This document shows, piece by piece, positions 11,201 through 21,428 of a stretch of DNA of 64,000 bases (positions are counted from its first letter, which is position 1; each line of letters begins with the position of its first letter). This DNA comes from TPA_inf: Saccharomyces (Eukaryota). The stretch lies in contig BK006942.2 in NCBI GenBank assembly GCA_000146045.2, positions 320,001 to 384,000 of the forward strand, in the 5' to 3' direction. The translations under genes were made by a program, and so were the position numbers. Below the pieces are notes generated by a model, which did not search any database, was not told the origin of the DNA, and worked only from the letters and a program-made list of their open reading frames with translations.

Positions 11201-12442
11201 AAACGAACCAATTGTTGTCAGGGGAATGTTATAAAAAAGGGACCCAATAACCAAAGACTGCACCACAACAGAAACAAATTGAGAAATCAAGTAGTTTCTG
11301 TCACCAATGATTCTTTCGAAAGCTCTTACAGTGCACGTTTTCAGTTGCGTCTTTAGCGGAATACTAAAAATGGGGGAGATATCATCCGGATTAACATCTT
11401 TTCTGGTGCATTCTTGCACTGTTTTTGAAGTGATGGCCTTCCAGTGTTTATAGTATGGAGACTGAATCCATAATGTATGCAAATCTGTTTCATTATTGAT
11501 GTTTAAAGCTTGATTTTCTTCAGAAACAACAGATGGAGTGTCAAGACCAACAATGGAATTAGACGTTTCCTTGAACTTAAAATTTAAGATTGATGTTAAA
11601 TATTCAATAATACAATCGTTAGGGTTTTTTTTTATCTGTAAGGTGTCATGAAAATGGGTTAAACACTCCTCCATGGTTCCGTAAAACACCTGGAAGGAAT
11701 CACCTAACATAAGAATCTTGTCAAACTTGCTGACAATTTTGTCGCTTGCTTGAGAAATTTTAACAAAATTCACCGATCTTGTAGCTTTTGCCATCTTTTG
11801 GGTAATGGAAAGAAATTCTAGGGCGGTGGCAGAGTCCAAACCCTTCGTCGAGTTGTCCCATAAGTAAACAGACCCATTGGCAATAAACGTTTCTATAATG
11901 GAGATACGTTTCCTTTCACCTCCAGAAACACCACGAACGTAGTCATTACCCACATACGTCTTCTTTACGTGCGACAGTCCGAACTCTTTTAATAACTCGT
12001 CTCTCATTTCAATACGCTCTTGCTTGGGAATGTGAAACTTACAACTCAACGCAAAATCAATGGTTTGCTCCACCGTCAGATACGGGAAGTGAATATCTTG
12101 TTCGTTATTATAAATGATCTGATGGGGGCATTTGGAAGCAAACTGTTTGTACTCATTGTCTTTGAATCTAATAGACCCTTCAGGCGAGTATTTCAGATGC
12201 TTGTGACCATGGAATAGACCTTTGAAGAGCGCTGATGTTGGGTTTCCCAGTACTAAGACGACTTCACCTTCATTAGCACGAAAAGTGATATCACTAATTT
12301 CTAAATGGCCTACGTTTTTGAATTCCGATGCGGACTCTTCATCGTTCTGAACAGCACCGAGGGATTCTTCCAATTGAACGGTAGCCCCATCAAAGGTGAC
12401 TGAAGCGTCAGGAATTGGATTAAAATATTTGGAAAGAGACAT
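8207..12442 (-). CDS. PDR11: PDR11, full-size PDR-subfamily ABC transporter (NBD-TMD-NBD-TMD) for anaerobic sterol uptake (1411 aa)
   Basis: 1411-aa ORF with two nucleotide-binding domains (Walker A GESGAGKTTLLNVL, the degenerate N-terminal NBD typical of PDR proteins, and ABC signature motifs) and two six-helix TMDs. Confidence 0.9.
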   Translation of the reverse strand: MSLSKYFNPIPDASVTFDGATVQLEESLGAVQNDEESASEFKNVGHLEISDITFRANEGEVVLVLGNPTSALFKGLFHGHKHLKYSPEGSIRFKDNEYKQFASKCPHQIIYNNEQDIHFPYLTVEQTIDFALSCKFHIPKQERIEMRDELLKEFGLSHVKKTYVGNDYVRGVSGGERKRISIIETFIANGSVYLWDNSTKGLDSATALEFLSITQKMAKATRSVNFVKISQASDKIVSKFDKILMLGDSFQVFYGTMEECLTHFHDTLQIKKNPNDCIIEYLTSILNFKFKETSNSIVGLDTPSVVSEENQALNINNETDLHTLWIQSPYYKHWKAITSKTVQECTRKDVNPDDISPIFSIPLKTQLKTCTVRAFERIIGDRNYLISQFVSVVVQSLVIGSLFYNIPLTTIGSFSRGSLTFFSILFFTFLSLADMPASFQRQPVVRKHVQLHFYYNWVETLATNFFDCCSKFILVVIFTIILYFLAHLQYNAARFFIFLLFLSVYNFCMVSLFALTALIAPTLSMANLLAGILLLAIAMYASYVIYMKDMHPWFIWIAYLNPAMFAMEAILSNELFNLKLDCHESIIPRGEYYDNISFSHKACAWQGATLGNDYVRGRDYLKSGLKYTYHHVWRNFGIIIGFLCFFLFCSLLAAEYITPLFTRENLLRWNNYLKRYCPFLNSQKKNNKSAITNNDGVCTPKTPIANFSTSSSSVPSVSHQYDTDYNIKHPDETVNNHTKESVAMETQKHVISWKNINYTIGDKKLINDASGYISSGLTALMGESGAGKTTLLNVLSQRTESGVVTGELLIDGQPLTNIDAFRRSIGFVQQQDVHLELLTVRESLEISCVLRGDGDRDYLGVVSNLLRLPSEKLVADLSPTQRKLLSIGVELVTKPSLLLFLDEPTSGLDAEAALTIVQFLKKLSMQGQAILCTIHQPSKSVISYFDNIYLLKRGGECVYFGSLPNACDYFVAHDRRLTFDREMDNPADFVIDVVGSGSTNIPMDDAEKPTSSKIDEPVSYHKQSDSINWAELWQSSPEKVRVADDLLLLEEEARKSGVDFTTSVWSPPSYMEQIKLITKRQYICTKRDMTYVFAKYALNAGAGLFIGFSFWRTKHNINGLQDAIFLCFMMLCVSSPLINQVQDKALQSKEVYIAREARSNTYHWTVLLIAQTIVELPLAISSSTLFFLCCYFCCGFETSARVAGVFYLNYILFSMYYLSFGLWLLYSAPDLQTAAVFVAFLYSFTASFCGVMQPYSLFPRFWTFMYRVSPYTYFIETFVSLLLHDREVNCSTSEMVPSQPVMGQTCGQFMKPFIDEFGGKLHINNTYTVCAYCMYTVGDDFLAQENMSYHHRWRNFGFEWVFVCFNIAAMFVGFYLTYIKKIWPSVIDGIKKCIPSMRRSKTSHNPNEQSV

Positions 12443-12864
12443 CCGCGAGGCGTTGCTTCTCTAATTTTACTCTATCGTGTTTAGTTGTGAATTTTTTTGC
12501 TACAGTATGCAAGTTCTTTTTACCAACCCGTTTACGAACTAATGAGAAAAGGGTTTAAGTGTGTGATAATACTATTAATAGCTAAAAGAGCAGAGAGCTT
12601 TACGATGTTGTATGTTGTTTTATATAGGTGAGAGCAGGATCTGCGGAAAATACTTCGTACCGTAGTATCCATTTTGCCTATGGAGGAAAGCTTGTTTCCA
12701 AACCAGGAGATCCGCAGACAGGAAAAGTTCGAGGCCAAACAAAAACCGCAGCACAATGGAGTAAAAGTCGAAGGCACGGGCCCCAAACGATAGAGTGGAA
12801 GTTGTAGGAAACAAAAGTGGCCGTCTATGTGGCGCTTCTCTGCGGTGAATTCTGTGCGAAGTGC

Positions 12865-12872
12865 CTAAACGA
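12865..12872 (-). promoter_or_regulatory. Candidate anaerobic response element AR1 (TCGTTTAG) in the PDR11/TIR3 upstream region
   Basis: The plus strand reads CTAAACGA, which is TCGTTTAG on the minus strand. The TCGTTYAG motif is bound by Upc2/Ecm22 in DAN/TIR and sterol-uptake gene promoters. A TCGTATA sterol-regulatory-element core is also present, as the reverse complement of 13306..13312. Both are short motifs and the match is by eye only. Confidence 0.3.
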
Positions 12873-13010
12873 AAACGGACGGAGAAGGCTGCGGGGGGAT
12901 ATCCCTTGCATAAAGGATGCCCGGCACTGTCCTAGACGGTGCCTTCCCTTAGAGACTAGGAGAGACTTGAGTAGGAGAAACTGAGCAGGAAAATTCGAGA
13001 GATAAAGTAC

Positions 13011-13352
13011 ATGTGCCTAGGTAAGCTGTACTTCGAACAGCTAATATTAGTAAGATGCATAAAGGGGCGTCAAAGTGGAAATATAACGACAGGAGAATCT
13101 CGGTGTGTAAGTTGGAATGTGTATTGCACCACTTCCATGATTGGGCTTTTTTCCTGGCGCAAAATGTTGCTTTTTCAACATTTTTCTTATACGCAGAGAG
13201 AGAATCGTCAGATAGGTGGTAAAACTTGGAGCCTAATTAGCTCATTATTTCATTTGAACGAGACATTGGCTTCTGCCCTACATCACCCATACGAGACATT
13301 GGCCTTATACGAGGCGTACTTCGCCTTGCGGGAAAAAAAATTTCTTTTGTAA
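13011..13352 (+). CDS. YIL012W: Dubious 113-codon ORF in the PDR11-TIR3 intergenic region (corresponds to YIL012W), probably non-coding promoter DNA
   Basis: ATG ORF of 113 aa with no domain features and low complexity. It overlaps putative Upc2-type sites. Confidence 0.2.
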   Translation: MCLGKLYFEQLILVRCIKGRQSGNITTGESRCVSWNVYCTTSMIGLFSWRKMLLFQHFSYTQRENRQIGGKTWSLISSLFHLNETLASALHHPYETLALYEAYFALREKKFLL

Positions 13353-13726
13353 GCGAGGTTACTCAGAAACTGTGACTGAAGGCAGAGGTTGGAAACGTGT
13401 GTAGACTCCAAATGGAACGATAGGAACGTGTACCCTACCGCTTCTGCACACGTTTCTTAGATATGCGTGCCTTAAGGCGACCCATTGTTCCTGTTTACCA
13501 TGATTTCTGTAGGCTTTTTTTTAGAAGGCCCTAGAATGGATTGCAGATTTCCGTCTGAGAAGGCAGTATACGTACATATGAATATATATATACATATATT
13601 CTTTGGTGGAGAGTATAAGCGTTTCGTCTCCTCTTCCTTTCTCTACTGCAGATTTTCTTGCTGGTTGTTTGATTTTTTCTTTTTAGTGTTCCCCAGATCC
13701 AATTGTTCAACCGCCCACACACAACA

Positions 13727-14536
13727 ATGTCTTTCACTAAAATCGCTGCCTTATTAGCTGTTGCCGCTGCCTCCACTCAATTGGTTTCTGCTGAAGTTGG
13801 ACAATATGAAATCGTCGAATTTGACGCTATTTTGGCTGATGTCAAGGCCAATTTGGAACAATATATGTCCTTGGCAATGAATAATCCAGACTTTACCCTA
13901 CCATCTGGTGTTTTGGATGTTTACCAACATATGACCACTGCTACTGATGATTCCTACACCAGTTATTTCACCGAAATGGACTTTGCTCAAATCACCACTG
14001 CCATGGTTCAAGTGCCTTGGTACTCTTCTAGACTGGAACCTGAAATCATCGCTGCTTTACAAAGCGCGGGTATCAGTATTACCTCCTTAGGTCAAACCGT
14101 TTCCGAATCTGGTTCCGAATCTGCCACTGCTTCCTCAGACGCTTCTTCTGCTTCTGAATCCTCTTCAGCTGCTTCTTCTTCTGCTTCTGAATCCTCTTCA
14201 GCTGCCTCCTCTTCTGCTTCTGAATCCTCTTCAGCTGCTTCTTCCTCTGCTTCAGAATCTTCTTCTGCTGCCTCCTCTTCTGCTTCTGAAGCTGCTAAGT
14301 CTTCTAGCTCTGCCAAGTCTTCTGGCTCTTCTGCTGCTTCATCTGCTGCTTCATCTGCTTCTTCCAAGGCCTCTTCTGCAGCTTCCTCTTCTGCAAAGGC
14401 CTCCTCTTCTGCAGAAAAATCTACTAATAGCTCCTCCTCTGCTACCTCCAAGAACGCTGGTGCAGCTATGGACATGGGCTTCTTCTCCGCTGGTGTTGGT
14501 GCCGCTATTGCCGGTGCCGCTGCTATGCTCTTATGA
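13727..14536 (+). CDS. TIR3: TIR3, serine/alanine-rich GPI-anchored cell-wall mannoprotein of the Srp1/Tip1 (DAN/TIR) family, anaerobically induced (269 aa)
   Basis: Track start 13703 is TTG. The ATG at 13727 gives MSFTKIAALLAVAAASTQLVSA (signal peptide). A conserved Tip1-family N-domain is followed by SESSSAASSSA tandem repeats and a hydrophobic GPI-signal C-terminus. Confidence 0.85.
   Translation: MSFTKIAALLAVAAASTQLVSAEVGQYEIVEFDAILADVKANLEQYMSLAMNNPDFTLPSGVLDVYQHMTTATDDSYTSYFTEMDFAQITTAMVQVPWYSSRLEPEIIAALQSAGISITSLGQTVSESGSESATASSDASSASESSSAASSSASESSSAASSSASESSSAASSSASESSSAASSSASEAAKSSSSAKSSGSSAASSAASSASSKASSAASSSAKASSSAEKSTNSSSSATSKNAGAAMDMGFFSAGVGAAIAGAAAMLL
14147..14278 (+). repeat. 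Four tandem copies of a 33-bp in-frame repeat (TCTGCTTCTGAATCCTCTTCAGCTGCTTCTTCT, encoding SASESSSAASS) inside TIR3
   Basis: Visible directly as four near-identical consecutive 33-mers with 1-3 substitutions each. Confidence 0.9.
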
Positions 14537-14833
14537 TTGTCACTTATTAATGATAAATTATAAAATGTTATATGTAAAAAAACAAATATACACTTTTTGA
14601 ATATTAGTATCCTATTTTAATATACTGTCTCCTAGATAATACAAACTTAATTTGCTTTCTCTTCACACTTTTTTCTTTACTCTTGTAATGTACACTTGGC
14701 TGTACATTAAAAAAAGGAATGTTCGAGCAAGAGCATGAAATCCACAGACGGCTGTGCCATGTAGCAGCCGTCGAGAAAAAAAAGATATAGAAAAGGGAAG
14801 AGAAATATCATTGTTATTACATCCACTGGATGA

Positions 14834-15529
<696 letters not shown>

Positions 15530-15665
15530 AGTTTAATAACCCCCTTTTTGTTTCTCTAGAGGAGTACTTATCGGTAAAATATTCCAAACCCTTCCCTTTA
15601 TATATGTAGATAAACGAAGATATTCTAACTCTCTCACACTTATAAAATATCGAGCCTGCAGAAGG

Positions 15666-16212
15666 TCATAAATATTTATATACAAATGGGAAAGTACTTA
15701 ACGATCCGACTTGATCAATATCAAATATCGTGGCCTGGTTTACATTGAGAACGGGCACTATTTCTTTGGACGAAATGTTGCTTAGGCAAATTTTGAAGTG
15801 AGACATTGCTCGAGAATTTGTTACGTAGACTAAGTCAGCATCGCCAATGATCATTAAGCAATTGGTCGTCTCAGATGTGATCCTGCAATTATGAGTCCTT
15901 TCAAAATTAGATACACACTCTTGGGAAAACTCAACTAAGTATTTGGTGTGAGGAATCTCTTATCGATGCGTATACCTTGTAGTCGCAAACGTTATAAAAT
16001 TTTGTAATTTTGGCGAAATGGCACGGATTGGTTAAAATTGTCGGGCTCATATGCGGTAGCGCTAAGTCCTGCTTGGTCAAGCTAGGAATTACATGGCCAG
16101 AGGGATGATATTGATCATGCTCCGAGTTGTCTTCAATTAATGCCTTTATCCATGGTTGTAGAAAAACTGAGTCTGTTGGCTTTGAATGAGACTCCAGAAT
16201 TACTTTCGGCAT
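15666..16212 (-). CDS. EST3: EST3 telomerase subunit, encoded by two overlapping frames joined by +1 programmed ribosomal frameshifting (181 aa product). ORF1 spans 16212 down to the TGA at 15931..15933. Translation continues in the +1 frame to the stop at 15666..15668.
   Basis: The upstream frame (93 codons, [21 protein letters not shown]...SSHQIL) ends in CTT-AGT-TGA (plus-strand TCAACTAAG at 15931..15939). This is the classic yeast +1 slip heptamer CUU-AGU-U, also used by Ty1 and ABP140. The +1 frame continues ...[24 protein letters not shown]...FVYKYL. Confidence 0.85.
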
Positions 16213-16348
16213 TGTTTACTTGTTATCCCGATTTGTACCCAGGATTTACAGCTTTTAATTCATTATCTATGGTCAACTTTTGCTGTCTAGTTTCATATTT
16301 ACTCGCTACCGTTTCACCAACTGTAGTCATCAGTTATGGTAAAAAAAT

Positions 16349-16420
16349 CTCCGCGACGGGGAATTGAACCCCGATCTGGCACGCGACAAGCGCCCATTCT
16401 GACCATTAAACTATCACGGA
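16349..16420 (-). tRNA. tD(GUC): tRNA-Asp (anticodon GUC), second copy, sequence-identical to the copy at 4303..4374
   Basis: Identical 72-nt sequence on the minus strand. An A7/T7 run lies immediately 3' on the minus strand. No LTR is detectable upstream of this copy. Confidence 0.95.
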
Positions 16421-19225
16421 TTTGTTTCTATGAAAATTTCGTTTATTTGTATAGTATATGTTTTTTTAAAATATAATGAGAATCTGGTAGAAAAGTGTTG
16501 ATAACTAGCAGTTTAAAACGTATCATTTGTTGAAATAAGTACCAACTATCATCCGTCGACTAGTACTCACACAACTATTGAGAAATTCGTAAGTTTTGTA
16601 AAACTGTTGGATACCGTTGCTGTTGAAGGCTATAGTAATAGGCATACAAAATTAGCGGAAGTTTACCTTGGAAATATATCCACAAAAGGGAAACGATATT
16701 TCCTCATAATAATATTGTAATTTCTTTTTCTTTTTATATGTTTCATTATCCTATACATTACCAATACTTGCATTTGAGCATTCATTAAATCTGATGGGTA
16801 CATCTCAATCTTTCTGTCATCTTTTTATAGCATATATGGTAACATGCTAGTAGTATGAATACTAGTCGATATACGTAAATAAATTTTCATTTTAAAATGG
16901 ATATGCCTAATCTGATAGATTCTATTAGCTGATTTTTCTACTACTTTTCATGTTCGTTTTTCAATAATTTGCAAGTTATATATCTTTGCCTCCGCTATAC
17001 CGTGATGAAGGTTAATGCGTAAGTTGCAGGCGAGGCATGATATGGACCACAACCCAGTTCGAACATAAAGAACTGAAAAACCATGAGCTGTTTGATTAAT
17101 TCAAAACAGCTGCTCACAATTTGGCCCAAGTTCAAACCTTTGTCTTTGAAGCATGGAACGTGCCGTTATTTTCATGCTAGTGTAATTTTTGCCTGTTTCA
17201 TCCCTCCCATCAAAAAATTCATCACGAAGTGCTAAAGGAAAACAAAAAAAATATCAAAGAGAGGAGACGGCTTAAAAGCCCTTATTCAATTGAAGAAATC
17301 CCCTGACCTCTGCAAAAAATCTATCGTTTATTTTATTTCTTTGTCTTACGTAACAAATTTATTTTCTGGGATGATGTCAATTCTATTTGGCACGCGAGTC
17401 ATCGTCTATATAAGGAGGTAACGAGGTCCTTGTATATTTGATGATCCTCACTATCAACACGTCGAGGGACGGTTGGTGACGAACTCAACTTATGTTATAG
17501 TTTTGGACCACTCTTTTCCTTGAAAAATTACAGGCATTATACGCAGTCCTGGGGCAGGAGCGCTTCGATCATTAGCATAACAGGATCACGGTTATCACCT
17601 GTTTTGTTATAATTCATGGCCTTTAGGTCATGACGTAAAATAATCGGAGTGAAAAAATGAAATCAAAGGCTATCATTTTTAGGGGAACTAAAGCACAAGG
17701 ATTTGAAGGCGTAGTGAAATAATGAATAATAGATAATCTATGGACCGAACACAGACGTATTTAAAGACAATACAAGGCCATTAATTCCCTTCGGAGGGCT
17801 CCCGATGGGAGGATTCTTAGCATGCTCTTTCTAGCCAACAGTATCACTTTCATCAGAAAACGGAAGCCTCCAAAAAGCTACGCTAAACGCTTTTTTGTTT
17901 TGGATTATCGCAGAAAATTGGTGACATTCTTGATTAAGAATAAACGGTGACTAGCAAGAAAAGGACATGTCAGGTACCAGTAAAGTCCGATTTAAGATCA
18001 AATCAGCGCCTTTAAAGAATCTTGAGATCTTAGTAATCCCGATGGAAGGAAAGAGGTAAACAAACGAATAACTTAACCCTTAAGATGATTCTATACATAG
18101 CATGATCTATCCAAGGAACGACCGACGCCCTTAAAAGGGTTCTGCTCAGATTTCGTTAAATACCCGGACCATCGTAGATGATTGTTTTTACTCTCCCCTA
18201 ACGATGTACTATGCCATAATAAGCATTTTTTTTTTCTTTCTTCACTGCAGCTCTGCTTTGAAAACACTACATCTAAGGCGCTGACGCCAACGCCCAGACT
18301 AAATCATCATATAATATCAAACGCCCAACAAAATATTAGAAATAGCTCAACAATAGAGCGCCAAAAGTTTACCGGAACGAACCATCATTGTTTACAGGCA
18401 AGCACCCATTTGGAAGGGTACGTAAACTAAATAAATAAGACAAGAAATTTTTTTTATATCTGGAATTTCCTTTGCATTTTAGTGATCCCACCATTACAGA
18501 TAACTAAACCAGGATAAAAAACAAAAATAATGACATTAATGATACCTTAACTAACGTATAGCAAGCGAAGCAACCACCCATCAGATTTTTGTCCCCGTTT
18601 GGAAACTGGAATGCTATGACCACTTTTATCACTACAGCTAACCACTTGTCGGAATGAAGATACGAAAGAGAAATCTTTATTGGACCACTTTTTCTTTCGC
18701 TAGAGGTCCTACCTAGCGTATTGCACCCAAGTGATTATTGCGACCTCTGAGTGTCAGAAACTTACGAAGTAAAATTCATAGTTGTGCCTTTCGTCAAGAA
18801 TCGGAAAGCGTAAAAATAGGCTACGGTCTTTGTCAAGGCGAAATTTTGGAGATTTCAGACGCATGATACCAGCAGTTTTTGGTAATATACTTTTTCAGGT
18901 AAAAGCTTTCTACGGCCACTGAAAGTAATGCAGAAGCTTAAGGCTACAGATGAAATGGCCGACCCAAACTAACCAAGCACAACATCAATTACAGAACCGA
19001 CAATCGAAAATCCTAAAAAAAAAGAACATCGAGTGAACTTTTCGTTATCTCAAAGCTTTAAAGTTAAAAGTGGCAGAAGCCTTGGCTATTCTGTTTCTCT
19101 CTTAGATTCTCGCACGACAGCATCGAGCGAAGTTGCAAAACCATATATTTCAGTTCTCTAAACGATCTTTCCCCGAACTCCAATCGAAATAGACTTAACC
19201 CGCAACATAACTGACATTCTTCCTC

Positions 19226-19250
19226 TTTTTTTTTTTTTTTTTTTTTTTTT
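19226..19250 (+). promoter_or_regulatory. 25-nt poly(dT) tract about 95 bp upstream of the FAA3 ATG, a likely nucleosome-excluding promoter element
   Basis: An uninterrupted T25 run seen directly. Poly(dA:dT) tracts are established nucleosome-depleting elements in yeast promoters. Confidence 0.6.
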
Positions 19251-19343
19251 GCTATTTGCTTTCTGCATGCATAAAAGCGAGACTAGCGTATTAACACTTT
19301 ATCACTTTCCCTCTCTTCCTGAAGCTGACATGAGCATACATCA

Positions 19344-21428
19344 ATGTCCGAACAACACTCTGTCGCAGTCGGTAAAGCTGCTAATGAGCACGAGACTGCC
19401 CCTAGGAGAAATGTTAGAGTCAAGAAGCGGCCCTTAATTAGACCATTGAACTCGTCAGCATCTACGCTGTATGAATTTGCCCTAGAGTGTTTCAACAAGG
19501 GTGGAAAACGAGATGGTATGGCTTGGAGAGATGTCATCGAGATTCATGAGACAAAGAAAACCATTGTGAGAAAGGTAGACGGCAAGGATAAATCTATAGA
19601 AAAGACATGGCTGTATTATGAAATGTCACCATATAAAATGATGACCTACCAGGAACTGATCTGGGTGATGCACGATATGGGCCGTGGGCTGGCAAAAATA
19701 GGCATCAAGCCCAATGGAGAACACAAATTCCACATCTTCGCATCTACTTCCCATAAATGGATGAAGATTTTCCTTGGTTGCATATCCCAGGGTATCCCCG
19801 TAGTAACCGCGTATGATACTTTGGGTGAGAGCGGTTTGATTCACTCCATGGTTGAAACCGAGTCTGCTGCTATTTTCACTGATAATCAATTATTGGCTAA
19901 AATGATAGTGCCTTTGCAATCTGCTAAAGATATCAAATTTCTTATCCATAACGAACCTATCGACCCCAATGACAGAAGACAAAACGGCAAACTTTACAAG
20001 GCTGCTAAGGATGCCATTAATAAGATCAGAGAAGTTAGGCCAGACATAAAAATTTATAGTTTTGAAGAAGTTGTCAAGATAGGTAAAAAAAGTAAAGATG
20101 AGGTCAAACTTCATCCACCTGAGCCAAAAGATTTGGCTTGTATCATGTACACCTCGGGCTCGATCAGTGCACCAAAAGGTGTAGTATTGACTCATTATAA
20201 TATTGTTTCGGGTATCGCTGGTGTAGGTCACAACGTCTTTGGATGGATCGGCTCTACAGACCGTGTTTTGTCGTTCTTGCCATTGGCTCATATTTTTGAA
20301 CTGGTCTTTGAATTCGAAGCCTTTTACTGGAACGGTATTCTTGGGTACGGTAGTGTTAAGACTTTGACTAATACTTCGACTCGTAATTGTAAGGGTGACC
20401 TGGTTGAGTTTAAGCCTACTATTATGATCGGTGTGGCTGCCGTTTGGGAAACTGTGAGAAAAGCTATTTTGGAAAAGATCAGCGATTTAACTCCCGTACT
20501 CCAAAAGATTTTTTGGTCTGCCTATAGTATGAAAGAAAAGAGTGTACCATGCACCGGGTTTTTAAGTCGTATGGTCTTCAAGAAAGTCAGACAAGCCACC
20601 GGTGGTCATCTTAAGTATATTATGAACGGTGGGTCTGCGATCAGTATTGATGCTCAGAAATTCTTTTCTATCGTCCTGTGTCCTATGATTATCGGTTACG
20701 GCCTTACTGAAACAGTTGCGAATGCTTGTGTTTTGGAGCCTGATCATTTCGAATATGGTATAGTTGGTGATCTTGTTGGATCGGTCACTGCCAAATTGGT
20801 GGATGTTAAGGACCTAGGTTATTATGCAAAAAACAATCAAGGTGAATTGCTTCTAAAGGGTGCGCCGGTCTGTTCTGAATATTATAAGAATCCAATAGAA
20901 ACGGCGGTCTCTTTCACTTACGATGGATGGTTTCGTACTGGTGATATTGTTGAATGGACTCCCAAGGGACAACTTAAAATTATTGATAGAAGAAAGAATT
21001 TGGTTAAAACCCTAAATGGTGAATATATTGCATTAGAAAAGTTAGAATCTGTTTACAGGTCAAACTCCTATGTGAAAAATATCTGTGTTTATGCCGATGA
21101 AAGTAGGGTTAAACCGGTGGGTATTGTGGTACCCAACCCAGGACCCCTATCTAAATTTGCTGTCAAATTGCGTATTATGAAAAAGGGTGAAGACATCGAA
21201 AACTATATCCATGACAAAGCATTACGAAATGCTGTTTTCAAAGAGATGATCGCAACAGCCAAATCTCAAGGTTTGGTTGGTATTGAACTATTATGTGGTA
21301 TTGTTTTCTTTGATGAAGAATGGACACCTGAAAATGGCTTTGTCACATCTGCTCAAAAATTAAAGAGAAGAGAAATCTTAGCCGCTGTTAAATCAGAAGT
21401 CGAAAGGGTTTACAAAGAAAATTCTTAG
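19344..21428 (+). CDS. FAA3: FAA3, long-chain fatty acyl-CoA synthetase (694 aa)
   Basis: 694-aa ORF with an AMP-binding motif (YTSGSISAPKGVVLTH) and an acyl-CoA synthetase fold. Confidence 0.9.
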   Translation: MSEQHSVAVGKAANEHETAPRRNVRVKKRPLIRPLNSSASTLYEFALECFNKGGKRDGMAWRDVIEIHETKKTIVRKVDGKDKSIEKTWLYYEMSPYKMMTYQELIWVMHDMGRGLAKIGIKPNGEHKFHIFASTSHKWMKIFLGCISQGIPVVTAYDTLGESGLIHSMVETESAAIFTDNQLLAKMIVPLQSAKDIKFLIHNEPIDPNDRRQNGKLYKAAKDAINKIREVRPDIKIYSFEEVVKIGKKSKDEVKLHPPEPKDLACIMYTSGSISAPKGVVLTHYNIVSGIAGVGHNVFGWIGSTDRVLSFLPLAHIFELVFEFEAFYWNGILGYGSVKTLTNTSTRNCKGDLVEFKPTIMIGVAAVWETVRKAILEKISDLTPVLQKIFWSAYSMKEKSVPCTGFLSRMVFKKVRQATGGHLKYIMNGGSAISIDAQKFFSIVLCPMIIGYGLTETVANACVLEPDHFEYGIVGDLVGSVTAKLVDVKDLGYYAKNNQGELLLKGAPVCSEYYKNPIETAVSFTYDGWFRTGDIVEWTPKGQLKIIDRRKNLVKTLNGEYIALEKLESVYRSNSYVKNICVYADESRVKPVGIVVPNPGPLSKFAVKLRIMKKGEDIENYIHDKALRNAVFKEMIATAKSQGLVGIELLCGIVFFDEEWTPENGFVTSAQKLKRREILAAVKSEVERVYKENS

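Noticed and set aside
8390-12217. Several 60-70-aa plus-strand ORFs within the PDR11 locus (8390..8602, 8930..9118, 9177..9386, 12020..12217)
   Set aside because: They are antisense to a 1411-aa ABC-transporter CDS with unmistakable NBD and TMD motifs. Such short ORFs are chance events in long genes.
14092-14475. 127-aa Glu/Ala-rich ORF on the minus strand
   Set aside because: It is the exact antisense of the TIR3 serine-repeat region. A low-complexity codon repeat read backwards is not an independent gene.
18182-18430. 82-aa ORF in the long intergenic region
   Set aside because: It contains a homopolymer run (FFFLSS from a T10 tract), has no ATG context or conservation cues, and looks like a chance ORF.
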